From Octopus sinensis (taxonomy: Eukaryota), in NCBI RefSeq assembly GCF_006345805.1, contig NC_043002.1, positions 7,564,001 through 7,628,000 on the forward strand: a DNA stretch of 64,000 nucleotides, written 5' to 3'. The position numbers and the translations under genes were made by a program. The notes beneath the pieces are model-generated. The model was not told the DNA's origin. It ran no database searches and worked only from the letters and a program-made list of their open reading frames with translations. This document shows positions 12,926 through 26,410 of the stretch, piece by piece; the first letter of the stretch is position 1; each line of letters opens with the position of its first letter.

Positions 12926-13123
12926 AAACAATTGCAGCGTAGAAGGTGTTTATAAGCCATTTAAGAAACACACAAAAACCGTTAGATTCACTTCAACATT
13001 TAAATTTAATTTGTCAAAATATTTTCGTCGCTTTGAGACCGCGACCTGTTCGCAGACAAAACTTCAACGGTTTTTGTATGTTTCTTAAATGGCTTATAAT
13101 CACCTTCCACGCTGCAATTGTTT
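12926..13123. mobile_element. MITE-like foldback, 58-bp arms
   Basis: aaacaattgcagcgt...aaaaaccgtt and its reverse complement; 3 mismatches. Confidence 0.8.
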
Positions 13124-13603
13124 TCGTTCCAGCACACGATCTCAGATCAAGTCACTCGCTATGCAAGTACATCTCCTTTTCTATTTTATAATTCTAAAAT
13201 TAATTGTAAGCAATAAATATTTCACATTGCATAATTTTTTTCAAATTTTGGGGATATTATATATTAATAGGTCAAACCATACGATGTATGATTTGAAGAA
13301 TTGACTGTGAAATTTTAGCAGATGGAGTGGCTGCGTAGATGGTCTATTGTTGCCCCGGTAATTAACGTCTTAAGGTATAAAGATTTGCGTAAGGGTATTC
13401 AATTAGCAGAACTGCAATAGAGTAGGAAACAATGCTTTATATATTTAAAATTTTACCCACATGCAAAATAAGTTTGGAACATATAGTTAGGTCAAGGGTG
13501 TCACCATCACCATCATCATCGTTGTCGTCATTATCATCATCATCGCCATCATCGTCATCATCGTCAGCATCATCTTCCTCATCAAACTTATCATCTTCAT
13601 CTT

Positions 13604-13832
13604 TGGCAGAATCGTTGGCACGCTGGGCAAAATGCTTAGCGGAATTGCGTCCGTCCTTACGTTCAAAATCCGCCAAGGTCGACTTTGCCTTTTATCCCTT
13701 CTGGGTCGATAAAAAAAATGCCAGTTGAACACTGGAGTTGATGTAATTGACTTAAACCCCGCCCCCACCAAAGTTGCTGGCCTTGTGCTAAAATCTGAAG
13801 CCATTATAATACTACTACTACTACTACTACTA

Positions 13833-13911
<79 letters not shown>

Positions 13912-14185
13912 TATTATTATTATTATTATTTATTATTATTATTATTATATTTTTACTTTTATTTTTATTATTATTATCATTATTCTTATTCTTATTTTTA
14001 TTATTATCATTTTTAACAATATTTCGTCCGTTCCTCCATTCTGAGTTCAAATTCCGTCGATATCCACTTTGCCTTTCATCATTTCGGGGTCGATTAAATA
14101 AGTACCAGTTGAAAACTGGGGTCGATGTAATCGACTGATCCCCTACCCCAAAATTGCTGCCCTAGTGGCAAAATTTTGAACCATG

Positions 14186-14255
<70 letters not shown>

Positions 14256-14458
14256 TTAAGATGTCGCGCGACGAGCAAAATGCCACTAAACATTTTGCCC
14301 ACCTTTAGCTCTGAGTTCAAATTCTGCCGAGGTCGCCTTTGTCTTTCATCCTTTCAGGGTTGATAAAACAAATACAGACTAAAACACTGAGGTCGATGTA
14401 ACCGACTTACTTACCCGCTCTCTCGAAATTGCTGGCCTTGTGCCAAAATTTGAAATCA
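13604..14458 (+). mobile_element. Three short-tail family-A SINE copies (13604-13803, 14021-14183, 14258-14458) separated by TAA/TAG/TAC arrays
   Basis: Each has the B-box/core and the gccttgtgccaaaatttgaa-like tail. Confidence 0.8.
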
Positions 14459-14720
14459 TTATTATTATTATTATCATTATCATTACAGAAGTTACAACTG
14501 TAGCTGATTTAGTGTTAAAACAAAATAAAGTGGATGTGTTTACCTTGGACTAATAATGATAAAGAACACTCTATGAAAAGCAAATAGTGGAGTAATTTTA
14601 GATGTCTCAATGTGTAATGTGTGTGTGTGTGTAAGAGAGAAAGAGAGACAGAGAGACAGAGAGACAGAGATAATATGTAGGTATGTGTATATGTATATAC
14701 ATATATATGTTGTGTGTGTG

Positions 14721-14751
<31 letters not shown>

Positions 14752-14764
14752 GTATGTATGCATG

Positions 14765-14841
<77 letters not shown>

Positions 14842-15183
14842 GTGTGATTGATACACACACACATAGATTCATGCATACAAAAAATATATATATGTAATAT
14901 ATATATATTTTTTTCAGATTAAAACAAACATATACGCATACGTAAATACACTGTCTATATCATATATTTGCCAGTGTTTGTGCGCATTAAACATTATAAT
15001 GACTATGTGTGTGTGTGTGTGTGTGCGTGTGTATATGTGTGCGAGTATGTGTGTGCGTATGTATAAATATATATATATACGTATATACATATATACATAC
15101 TTACAAATATACATATATAATATATATATATATACATACTTATAAATATACATATACATACATACATACATATATATATATAT

Positions 15184-15215
<32 letters not shown>

Positions 15216-15606
15216 ATGTATGTATATATATATATAATATTTGTATACACACACACACATATATATATATAGTTATGCGTGTGTGTGTGTGTCTATATAA
15301 GTTTAACTCTGCCTCCCTCTGTATTATTGGATAAACTTAGTACGTAGACCCTTTTAACACAATCATGTTCTAGTAATCCAAACAGATAGACAGTCGTGCT
15401 GAGGACGCCCCTTATTTCACAGGTCACTCCACAGAGGACTGAGCTGGGTCTAAATGACAAAATTCAACGATTCTCACAAACGGAGCAGAGCAACTAAAAT
15501 GAAGTATGAATTATAGAGCGTTCTGCAGAGAAATGTGCCCAAGTGGTTGTCTCGACCCATATTGAAGATTTTGGTTAAGTAAGATTGTATCTTAACCTTT
15601 TAATTT

Positions 15607-15967
15607 TCACTTGTTTCAATTGTTAGATTGCGGCCATGCTGGAGGACCGTCTTCAAGAATTTTATTCGAAAGAATTGTCTCCAGTACATGTAGTTATTGA
15701 AGTTTGGTTTTTTTCTAACGGTCTCTTGTGCCAAACTACTAAGTTACAGGGACGCAAACGTAGCAACACCGGTTGTGAAGCAGTGAAGGGGGACAAACAC
15801 AAATACACACACAGACACACACGGAAACACACCCACAAACCCACACACACATGCACACACACATGACGGATTTGTTTCAGTTTTCACTCAAAAGGCACTA
15901 ATCGGCCCGGGAATGATCCTGCAACTATGTGGTTGAGAAAGAAGAAAACTTCTTACCACACAACTCT
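15607..15967 (-). mobile_element. SINE family B, degenerate
   Basis: gcggccatgctggag and cttaccacaca anchors. Confidence 0.7.
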
Positions 15968-16063
15968 ATACATATATACATAGGCCTATACATGTATATA
16001 TATATATGTGTGTATATATATATACAACAATATATATATATATATAACACACATATATATATA

Positions 16064-16186
<123 letters not shown>

Positions 16187-16295
16187 ATATATATACTATG
16201 ATATACATATATATATACATATATATATATGTATATGTATATATATATATATGTACATCTCTCTCTCTCTCTTCTCTCTCTTTATATAATATATG

Positions 16296-16326
<31 letters not shown>

Positions 16327-16361
16327 TGTATCTATCTCTCTCTCTCTCTCCTCTCTCTCTT

Positions 16362-16393
<32 letters not shown>

Positions 16394-16413
16394 ATATATA
16401 TATATAATGTATC

Positions 16414-16472
<59 letters not shown>

Positions 16473-16533
16473 CTCCTTCTATCTCTCTCTCTCATATATA
16501 ATATATATACATATATATATATATGTATATATA

Positions 16534-16606
<73 letters not shown>

Positions 16607-17299
16607 GTGTGTGGCGTGTGTATTATCTCCTTGCTAGTTATATTAGGTAGAGAAAAATATGGACATGTAGAAAATTTTGTGAGTTCAATATCTATCCAGT
16701 AAAACAACATGATGAGAGAAAGAAACCTAACCTATCTGATGCACGTAGCCATAACTTTGAGCACTCATTGTAATCAGAGATCTAAATATTCTGATGGATT
16801 TTCGACTTTGATAATGTGGTAGCTAATCCCCAAAACAAAAATTCGTGATAAATAACACCAGAAGCAGCAAAAAAGTAGTGTCAACAGCGACAACAACAGC
16901 AACACATCAACTGACATTTTTTCCAGGCCTTGTGCCTTTAGGAGAAAAGATCAACTGACGTTTTATCTATTATTTTTTTATAAAATCCTATATATTTGAA
17001 TATATTTAAATGTGTGTGTGTGCGTGTTTGTGTGTTTGTACGCACCTCTGCGTGTGTATAAATATATATGTGTGTGAGTGTGTATCTATGTATATATATA
17101 TATATATATATAATATATATATATATTATATATATATATATATTACTAATATAGGATGAAGTTTTTTACAGAAAAAAATTTCATCAAAAGTGGCAGCATA
17201 TTAAAATACTTTTAAGGTTAAAATTATAAACAAGGGCAAAATTTTTTTATTTGTATGCCAATATTGCTAACAGATATATATATATATATATATATATAC

Positions 17300-17351
<52 letters not shown>

Positions 17352-17352
<1 letters not shown>

Positions 17353-17478
17353 GTAAAAAAATACAAACTGGGACAAGAACGTGAAACAGAAGACGATACA
17401 AAAAACACGGACGGGACATTCGAAGCCCTCAATCTTCAGTCAAGAACCGGATCATCTTCGCAATTTCGGCTGATTAAT
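17352..17478 (+). repeat. Unclassified TA-adjacent repeat Q
   Basis: Inverted homologue at 19622-19795. Confidence 0.6.
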
Positions 17479-17490
17479 ATATATATATGT

Positions 17491-17688
17491 AGTCAATCCA
17501 AACGAGAACAAGCATAAAAATAACAACGCGAGTACGTGGAACAAGTATTGTTTTATTGGACGTTCAGGAAAGGAAAGAAAAGAATGAAGATTTCATGTTT
17601 CGCGCAGAGCTCTTCATCAGAAATATAGAAAAAGTCCGAAGAAGGGAAGACAGAGAAAGAAAATCGCCAACGATACACACGCGGTCAC
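17491..17688 (-). mobile_element. Element P2 (motif 17590-17624)
   Basis: Collinear with 44467-44665. Confidence 0.78.
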
Positions 17689-17689
17689 A

Positions 17690-17910
17690 ATATTATATAT
17701 ATATATCAATATTATATTATGTATTATATTATATTATATTTATTATATTATATTATATTACATATATATTATATTATATTAACATACTAATATATAAATA
17801 TATATATATATATATAATATATATATAATATATATATATATTATATTATATTATATTATATTATATTATATTATATTATATTTATTATATTATATTATAT
17901 TATATTAACA
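17690..17910. repeat. (ATATT)n pentanucleotide repeat
   Basis: Direct reading. Confidence 0.9.
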
Positions 17911-18832
17911 TACTAAATATATATATATTTACATATAATATGTATACATATATAGGTCCATACATATATGAATTTACAGATTTATACAATGGTGTGTGTA
18001 CACACACACACACACATACACACAGACGTATATGAACAGATAGATAAATATATAAAACATACACACAAAGACAAATATACATATGTATAAATATTTATAT
18101 ATGTATGTATGTTTGAATGCATGTTTGTATGTATGTATATTTGCATATATGTATGTATATATGTATGAACAGTACACATACACACATTTCCTTACATTTA
18201 TACGCATTTAATTTTGTTTTCAAAAAAAAACTATTTCCGCATATACTGTGTGATGCATACAACTTACAAATTGTGTGACACAAGCATATATAATCACGAA
18301 CCGCATAGGATACTTGCATGTGTAAAATATACACAAACACAAATAGATATTGGCCTACATACAAGCACAAACTTGCCTGCATACAGGAATACAAACACGC
18401 ACACACACACACACACACAAATAAAGATCGAGAGGGGGAGTGAGAAAGACTGAGAGAAAGAGAGGGAGAAATATACACAGAGATATACATAGCCGTGCCT
18501 ATAAACATAAATATACACTCATTATATAAATATAATAATAATACATAAATATTGTACCTTAATATGATTAATTATATTACAAGGAAAATTATATATAATA
18601 ATGTATTTATGATATTTACATGCATGTGAAGTTTATCTAAATAAATAAGGCACAGATAGACATACACGGTATGTCGGTAGGTATTTGCTTCTTTATATAA
18701 GTGTATATATACATATATGTATATATATGTTTGTTTGTGTAAATGTATGCACGTATATATATATGTATGTGTGTGTGTGTGTGTTTGTATGCATAAAATA
18801 CTTATATGTATATGTAGATATGCACATATTTG

Positions 18833-18871
<39 letters not shown>

Positions 18872-19238
18872 TATATAATGTAAATATATATTCACGTACA
18901 TGTTCATACATGCATACTTACACACACACACATACAAACATGTGTGTGTGTGTGTGTGTGTAAGTTCAGACATGCTTTCTATATAATCACAAACTATGAC
19001 AAAAATTTAATTAAAATATTAAAATACTTCTTTTACCATATTTGTTTCAGATAATGTGCAATTAAAACTACTTTTGTCCTGTATATATATGTATATATAT
19101 ATATATATATATATTATCTATATATATGTGTGTGTGTGTGGTGTGTGTGGGGTTATGTGTATGTATGTATGTATGTATATACATATATATATATAATACA
19201 CATATTTATACACATGTATATATGTATATATATATATA

Positions 19239-19285
<47 letters not shown>

Positions 19286-19324
19286 ACATGTATACATATA
19301 CATATACTTTATTCTTTTATTCTT

Positions 19325-19397
19325 TTCCTTACTTGACTGCGGCCATGCTTGGGCACAAAGACACACGCACACACACACACACACACGCACACCACAC

Positions 19398-19429
<32 letters not shown>

Positions 19430-19593
19430 ACGACGGGCTTTCAGGTTCCGTCTACTAAATCAACTCAGAAGACATTGGTAGGCCCGAGAATATAGGGCTA
19501 TAGTAGAAGACACTTACCCAAGGGGCCACGCAGTTGGACCGAGCCGTACCATGCGGTTGGGAAGAAGCTTCTTACCACACAACCACGCCTGCG
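19325..19593 (-). mobile_element. SINE family B, internally deleted
   Basis: Tail end joined directly to the microsatellite and head. Confidence 0.75.
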
Positions 19594-19621
<28 letters not shown>

Positions 19622-19626
<5 letters not shown>

Positions 19627-19795
19627 TTAATCATCCGAAATTACTACATGATCCGGTTCTTGTCAAGATTATCAGCCGAAATTACTACGATAGTCCTGTC
19701 TTGACTGAAGACTGAGGGGTTCGAATGTCCTCCATGTTTATTGTATCGTCTTCTATGAGTTATACGTTCTTGTCCATGTTGTATTTTTCTACATA
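19622..19795 (-). repeat. Repeat Q with an internal ~45-bp duplication
   Basis: attatcagccgaaattactac-like unit occurs twice. Confidence 0.6.
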
Positions 19796-19814
19796 CCTTG
19801 ATATATATATATAT

Positions 19815-19847
<33 letters not shown>

Positions 19848-20015
19848 GTGTGTGGGTGTTGTATAATATTAAGTATAGATATATATTATACACATTTATA
19901 TACACATACACAACATATATAAACATGTATATATAATGTATATTTTCAGAAATATAAATTGATATTTACGATATATGTGTGTACGTACGTGTATATATAT
20001 ATAAACACACAGATT

Positions 20016-20047
<32 letters not shown>

Positions 20048-20188
20048 GACTTCTTTGGTGTTGTTTTATATATTTATCTATCTGTTCATATACGTCTGTA
20101 TATATATATACAAACACATTACACATTCTAAGGACCCGAGACAGCCACATGTATGATGAAGTTATAATTACTAATTTGTCCAGTTTAC

Positions 20189-20289
<101 letters not shown>

Positions 20290-20427
20290 CCTGCCTTCAT
20301 TATGGTTATGTTTGTGTGTATGCGTACACGAGCATGTGTGCGTGTTTGTAAGTATGGTTACATATATATGTAAATATGTATATATACACATACACACACA
20401 CACCCACACACACACACACACACACAC

Positions 20428-20470
<43 letters not shown>

Positions 20471-20627
20471 TATATATTATATACATACATACATACGTAC
20501 ATATATGTATATACGTTTTTATATTTGTTTTACAAGATCTTTTAAGATTTTGTGTTTTTATTGGCTAAACTGGCAAAATGACCATTCCGAAATACAACAA
20601 TATTTGTATATATATATATATACATAT

Positions 20628-20683
20628 TTATATATAGTGACACATTTGAATAGGATCATGTCCGTTGTTGTCCATGAGATTCG
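20628..20683 (-). CDS. Possible terminal coding exon: (A)NLMDNNGHDPIQMCHYI*
   Basis: Branch-like ctaac plus ttgtgtattttgtag acceptor. Phase 1 fits the upstream exon. AATAAA lies downstream of the stop. Short and unverified. Confidence 0.3.
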
Positions 20684-20809
20684 CTACAAAATACACAAGT
20701 TAGAGTAAAGTGTTTATGTCATATATGTATTGATGCACTTTCCGTGTTTACATATATATTTGCGTATATATGTTGAGGATAGCCATCCAGCCAGGTATGT
20801 GGCTAGCTT

Positions 20810-20812
<3 letters not shown>

Positions 20813-20900
<88 letters not shown>

Positions 20901-20951
20901 TGATAGACAGACAGAGATAGATAGATAGATAGAGAGATAGATAGTGAGGTC

Positions 20952-21018
<67 letters not shown>

Positions 21019-21020
21019 TG
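20813..21020. repeat. (GATA)n microsatellite
   Basis: Direct reading; similar arrays at 22610-22775, 54258-54680 and 55975-56070. Confidence 0.95.
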
Positions 21021-21382
21021 AGACGTAGATAGAGAGGTACATTCATACGTGTGTGTGTGTATAGAAGGTAAGCTTTAAAGGTAGAGAGAAAGTTGTGAAG
21101 AGTAAGGGGCGAAGGACACGCAGAGAAAGAGTGAGAAGTGTCGTCCGTGATTTACATACAAAAATAATTTGCATATGAATTATATTTTTTTCTTTTTATT
21201 TACAATGATTTTCCCCTGCCCTGTACACTTAAAGAGAAAGGAGAACAAAATTCAATACAGGTGCACAACTGAAAGACATAATTAATTCGTTAAAACAGGA
21301 ATCGGAATAATTGTATTTCTTCATTTACCTCTGGAAGCGAATGAGTGTGTGTGTGTGCCTGCATGGGCATGTGTTAGTGCGT

Positions 21383-21418
<36 letters not shown>

Positions 21419-21601
21419 TGTGTGTGTGTGATTGCGAGTGTGAGATAGCGCTCATGCATGTTGATACAGGTGTGTACGTAATAAACCTTTCAGCATGTAA
21501 GTGATGCGTTTATAAGTGAATGCGTGTGTGTACTCACACACATGCACATACACACACTCATATATATACATGTATATACGTAATCATGTGTATATGCGCA
21601 T

Positions 21602-21642
<41 letters not shown>

Positions 21643-21916
21643 AATATACATATATATATACATATACATATATATATATATATATACATATGCATATATA
21701 TACACACACACATGTAATCTTATATTTATGCATATATTTATATGAGTATATATATATGTGCATACATACAGTGTTGTGTCTGTGTAGGTGTGAATTTGAA
21801 TGTGTGTTTGTGTGTGTAATTTGTTTCGGTGAGTGAAGAGGTGGGAAACAAGACGAAATAAATAAATGAAAAAGTGTAGGGAAAAAGCATGCGGTGTCAA
21901 TATATATTCAATTTAC

Positions 21917-22248
21917 CTTTTAAGCACGATCTTCCATTCTGTTGGTCATTGGTGAACTGCGCTCCTGATAAATATCTTGGAATCGTGTAAGATCCGGAAT
22001 TCGTCCCAAAGTTCAAATTGGCCGCTGCCGCCGCCGCCGACACAGAGGCCGCGTCCCAAAACCGGGGTCCCATTTGGTTTTGACCGTATATACAAGAATC
22101 ACCGAAATCGAGAGCCGCAGCGGCCGCGGCGGCTGCAGCGGCGGCGGCGGCAGCGGCAGCTGCCCCACACGAGGCCGTAGGGGCTTGATTCTGGCAAAAG
22201 TGACCCGGCAGGGTATCAGAAAAGTACAACATGTTCCAAAGTTTGGTA
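21917..22248 (-). CDS. Coding exon (332 nt, phase 2-1) with A17 and A6 tracts: TKLWNMLYFSDTLPGHFCQNQAPTASCG(A)17LDFGDSCIYGQNQMGPRFWD...NGRSCLK
   Basis: Acceptor catacaatttcag and donor AAG/gtaaat. CpG-rich. Poly-Ala is encoded by mixed GCN codons rather than a pure triplet repeat. Matches ORF 21897..22232. Confidence 0.8.
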
Positions 22249-22641
22249 CTGAAATTGTATGGACTAATAGATTTTCCACTTTCTCTTTCCCTCTCTCTCT
22301 CTCTCTCTCTCTGTCTCGCCCTCTTACTATCTATCTGTCTCTCCCTCAGCAGATACGTCTCTCAGTTTATTTATCTATCTATCTCTATTTAGTTCTCAGA
22401 CTCTGTCTCTGTCCATCCCTCTTTCCCTGTCTTTCTGTGTCTTTCTCTTTCAAAGTCGATGTCTTGCCTAAGTTTTCATGTAATCTCTTTCGAAATCTTC
22501 GCTTTCTTCTACGCGTATCTTTTTTCCTATGAAATTTTCTTGCATACGTATATTTATATATGCATACATGCATACATACACACACTCAGCAATACAACAG
22601 AACAGACAGAGAGACAGACAGACAGATAGATAGATGGATAG

Positions 22642-22673
<32 letters not shown>

Positions 22674-22676
22674 AGG

Positions 22677-22764
<88 letters not shown>

Positions 22765-24147
22765 CAGACAGATAATATTTTCGTTGTTGATTCTACAGCC
22801 GTGGTCGTTGTTATTGCTGCTACTGTTTGTTGTTGTATTTTTCTTACATTAAATGTACAATTTGTATTTCGCTTTATTATTTATATATTTATTTATTTAT
22901 TTATTTATTTATTTATTTTGTCAACGGAAACAAAACAAACGAAATAATAATTTGCATCTGTGCGTATATATATATATATATATTATATATATATATATAT
23001 AAATGTGTGTGCGTGAGTATGTTTAGGTGTTGTTCTCGTTACTGCTTTTGCTGCTGTTGTTATTGTTATTGTTGTTATTGTTGTTGAATAAACAACTCTC
23101 TCTTACTCGGAATACTCAGTGAATGTATGTATATTCTTGGAGACTCCCCGTGCAAATGCCTAGAACAACGTTTAAAATATTTGTTTTTCTTTTAGTTATA
23201 TCCTTCAATAATTGTAAACATCGATGTAAATAAATAAATTTTAAATAACTGTTTTAAAATAACTGTTTTACAAAGTGTTGGTGTTCCTTGCATTATTATT
23301 ATTATTATTATTATTACTATTCTGTTGTTGTTGTAGTAATAGTAGCAGCAGTAGTTGTAAGGGCAGCAGTAGTTGTAGTTGTTGTTGTTGTTGTAGTAGT
23401 AGTAGCTCCTTTTGTTGTTGGTGTTATCTATTTATTTAATTTATTTTATTTCTAAATTAATTATCTTAACTTAGTTATTCAAACATACAACCTCATCATT
23501 TATACATATTGCACGTTTACAGTACACACACTACACACACACGCACACACATATATACACACACACATATATATATTATATATAGGGAGAGAGAGAGAGA
23601 CAGAGACAGACAGACAGTCAGAGACACACAGAGAGACAGACTGACAGACAGGCAGACAGACAAGCTGAGAAAGACAAACAGACAGAGACAGAGAGGGAAA
23701 GAATTAACCAAAGGTGTATATATTTGGGTTTACAATTGTAATTATATAAGTATGCTTATATGTACGTGTATGTATGTATGTATGTATGTATGTATGTATG
23801 TATGTATGTATGTATGTGTGTATGTGTTCCGTGGATCGTCAGTCCATTTTGGCCTTCATAACTGGAACTTTGCTAGAATACCGTATTCTTGCAAAACATC
23901 AATGTATATAAGTGCGTATATGTATTTTTGTATGTATAAATGCATTTATGTAAGTATATATATAAATATATATTCACTTGTGTGAGAGTGTAAATAAATC
24001 GACGCATATATAGTGTCCAAGTCAAACTAATGAAATTATATATATATACACACACAAACACACGTATCTATATATATATGTATGTGTAGATATAAGTTGA
24101 TTTTGTGTATATAGATATGTGAGCGTTATCTGTGATAACGGTGCGCT

Positions 24148-24247
24148 NNNNNNNNNNNNNNNNNNNNNNNNNNNNNNNNNNNNNNNNNNNNNNNNNNNNN
24201 NNNNNNNNNNNNNNNNNNNNNNNNNNNNNNNNNNNNNNNNNNNNNNN
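24148..24247. other. Assembly gap (100 N)
   Basis: Run of N inside the intron between the 34-nt exon and the poly-Ala exon. Confidence 1.
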
Positions 24248-24263
24248 TATTATTTTTATTATT

Positions 24264-24722
24264 GGGTGAGAGAGCAGTGCATGCCATGAAGATATACAAC
24301 CATATGTGCGCGACATGGTGATTTCATACCAAAATAAACAAAGCATTACTTTGCAGATGGAGTCCAGTTAGAATTTACTTCTGGTCGAGTAGTCAATCCC
24401 GCTCAAAAGGTTCCTGAATAAGGGTCGTCTAAGGATGTTGAACGAAACACTCATGTTTGCAAACGTGAATTATTTAAACCCCAAAGAATTCCTCTCAACA
24501 CATAGATATGATGTTCCCTCGGTATTTCTGCCCTCGATCAGAGATGCATATATCGTCAGCCACTAAGGGACATATTCAACTGGTTAAGGTCAAACAACTG
24601 ACAAGCAAAATTTGTTGTAGCCCATCTTTTATACCAAGACAAAGCAATGTACATGATAACACTTCCAATCAGTTAAGATCAGAAGCCATGACAGCCACTG
24701 CCTGGTACTGCATCAGGGCATT
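24264..24722 (-). mobile_element. Non-coding TAA-anchored retro-like repeat, family E
   Basis: Collinear with 51966-52420 and 37031-37255; abuts TAA arrays. Confidence 0.75.
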
Positions 24723-24815
24723 TGTTATTGTTATTGTTAAAAATATTATTTTTATTTTAGCGTCCTTTGTCTGAAATCTTTCATCATATATCCTGTGACT
24801 TCTTCAGCGACTCAC

Positions 24816-24849
24816 CATACAACGTGTCTCTTCCTGTTCCGTTTAATCC
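24816..24849 (-). CDS. 34-nt micro-exon (phase 1-2): (R)IKRNRKRHVV(C)
   Basis: Acceptor tattatttttttttcgctaaaag and donor TG/gtgagtc. Its length exactly bridges the phase-1 end of the 150-nt exon and the phase-2 start of the poly-Ala exon. Confidence 0.6.
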
Positions 24850-24935
24850 CTTTTAGCGAAAAAAAAATAATAGACAAATGACCATCCCCAAATATAACAA
24901 TATGTTTCAACACACGATTTCCCATCAGGAATCTT

Positions 24936-24992
<57 letters not shown>

Positions 24993-25143
24993 ACACACAT
25001 ATGTATATGATATCTGCGTTAATGACATGATTCCTGGCTATAAACAACACAAGAAAATATATCTGAAACTGGAGTTATTTATAAGTATTACAACATTCAT
25101 AAATGGATAAAAATCAGATAAACACAATCGGTCAGGTACTCAC

Positions 25144-25293
25144 TCTCATTTGTCTCGGAAGGTGGCGCCCGTACAGGATGTTGCTGAGGTGCTCCGGGTA
25201 TCGTTGGTGCTTGTTGTTGATGCTGTTGACTTGGATGACTTGGAGACATCTGAGGCATCCTGCCAGCAGAAGATGGCCGTTGGTTTGGCCGAA
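25144..25293 (-). CDS. Internal coding exon (150 nt, phase 1-1), Pro/Gln/Ser-rich: (V)RPNQRPSSAGRMPQMSPSHPSQQHQQQAPTIPGAPQQHPVRAPPSETNE
   Basis: Acceptor ttttgtattgtatatccacag and donor GA/gtgagta. GC-rich island between (TAG)n and AT-rich DNA. Open frame with A/T-ending codons typical of an AT-rich genome. Confidence 0.75.
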
Positions 25294-25333
25294 CTGTGGA
25301 TATACAATACAAAATAATGTAGTAGTAATAGTC

Positions 25334-25370
<37 letters not shown>

Positions 25371-25473
25371 CTGTAGTAGTAGTAGCAGCCCAGCTGCAGT
25401 AGTAGTAGTAGTAGTAGTAGTAGTAGCAGCAGCTGTAGTAGTAGTAGTAGTAGTAGTAGTAGCAGCAGCAGCT

Positions 25474-25523
<50 letters not shown>

Positions 25524-25871
25524 TTTCAATATTAGGCACAAAGGCCCATAATGCTACAAAAATCATATACAAAAGAGGGCTCTTATGTGTGTCTATTTAA
25601 GTGCCTCTCTCTTTGGTATAAAAGCAAATCCGTAAGTTTGAAGCTCTGTCTGAATCCTTAAGATTCTTTTTGTCCATATTCTCGTTAATTTCTGCTTTGT
25701 TCTTTTCCGTAAATTATTTGTGAGCCCGTTTGATTAGACTGTCGAGACAACTCCTATCATGAGGTGGGTAATTAACTCTTCCACCTACTACTGAGGCAGC
25801 CATCAGGCATTGCGCATAAATATTGCAAATAGTTATTTGTCAAAAATGTGTAAATATTCTTTTCTACTCTC

Positions 25872-25973
25872 GGCACAAGGCCCGAAATTTTTGGCGAGGA
25901 GGCCCAGTCGACTAGATCGACCCAAGTACGCAAATGGCACGTGATTTATCGACCCCGAAAGGATGAAAGGCGA
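25872..25973 (-). mobile_element. Short-tail family-A SINE, partial
   Basis: Core plus tail in reverse. Confidence 0.7.
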
Positions 25974-25983
25974 AATAAAAATA

Positions 25984-26410
25984 TACTCCTTTACTCTTTT
26001 ACTCTTTTACTCTTTTACTTGTTTCAGTCATTTGACTGTGGCCATGATGGAGCACCGCCTTTTTAGTCGAGCAAATCGACCCCCAGGACTTATTCTTTGT
26101 AAGCCTAGTACTTATTCTATCGGTCTCTTTTGCTGTACCGCTAGATTACGGGGACGTAAACACACCAGCATCGGTTGTCAAGCGATGTTGGGGGGACAAA
26201 CACAGACACACAAACATATACACACATATACATATATATACTCATACATATATACGACGGGCTTCTTTCAGTTTCCGTCTACCAAATCCACTCACAAGGC
26301 TTTGGTCGGCCCCAGGTTATAGTAGAAGCTCAAGGTGCCACAGAGTGGGACTGAACCCGGAACCATGTGGTTGATAAGCAAGCTACTTCCCACACAGCCA
26401 CTCCTACGCC
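25984..26410 (-). mobile_element. SINE family B
   Basis: Full copy in reverse. Confidence 0.92.

Noticed and set aside
21329-21358. 30-nt symmetric micro-exon candidate
   Set aside because: Half of it is (CA)n and the acceptor lacks a real pyrimidine tract.
24640-24722. 5S/snRNA-like start of family E
   Set aside because: Only short scattered matches; not collinear with 5S, U1 or U2.
25103-25402. Plus-strand ORF containing WRPY (Runx-like)
   Set aside because: WRPY is not C-terminal, and the ORF is the antisense of the better-supported minus-strand exon.
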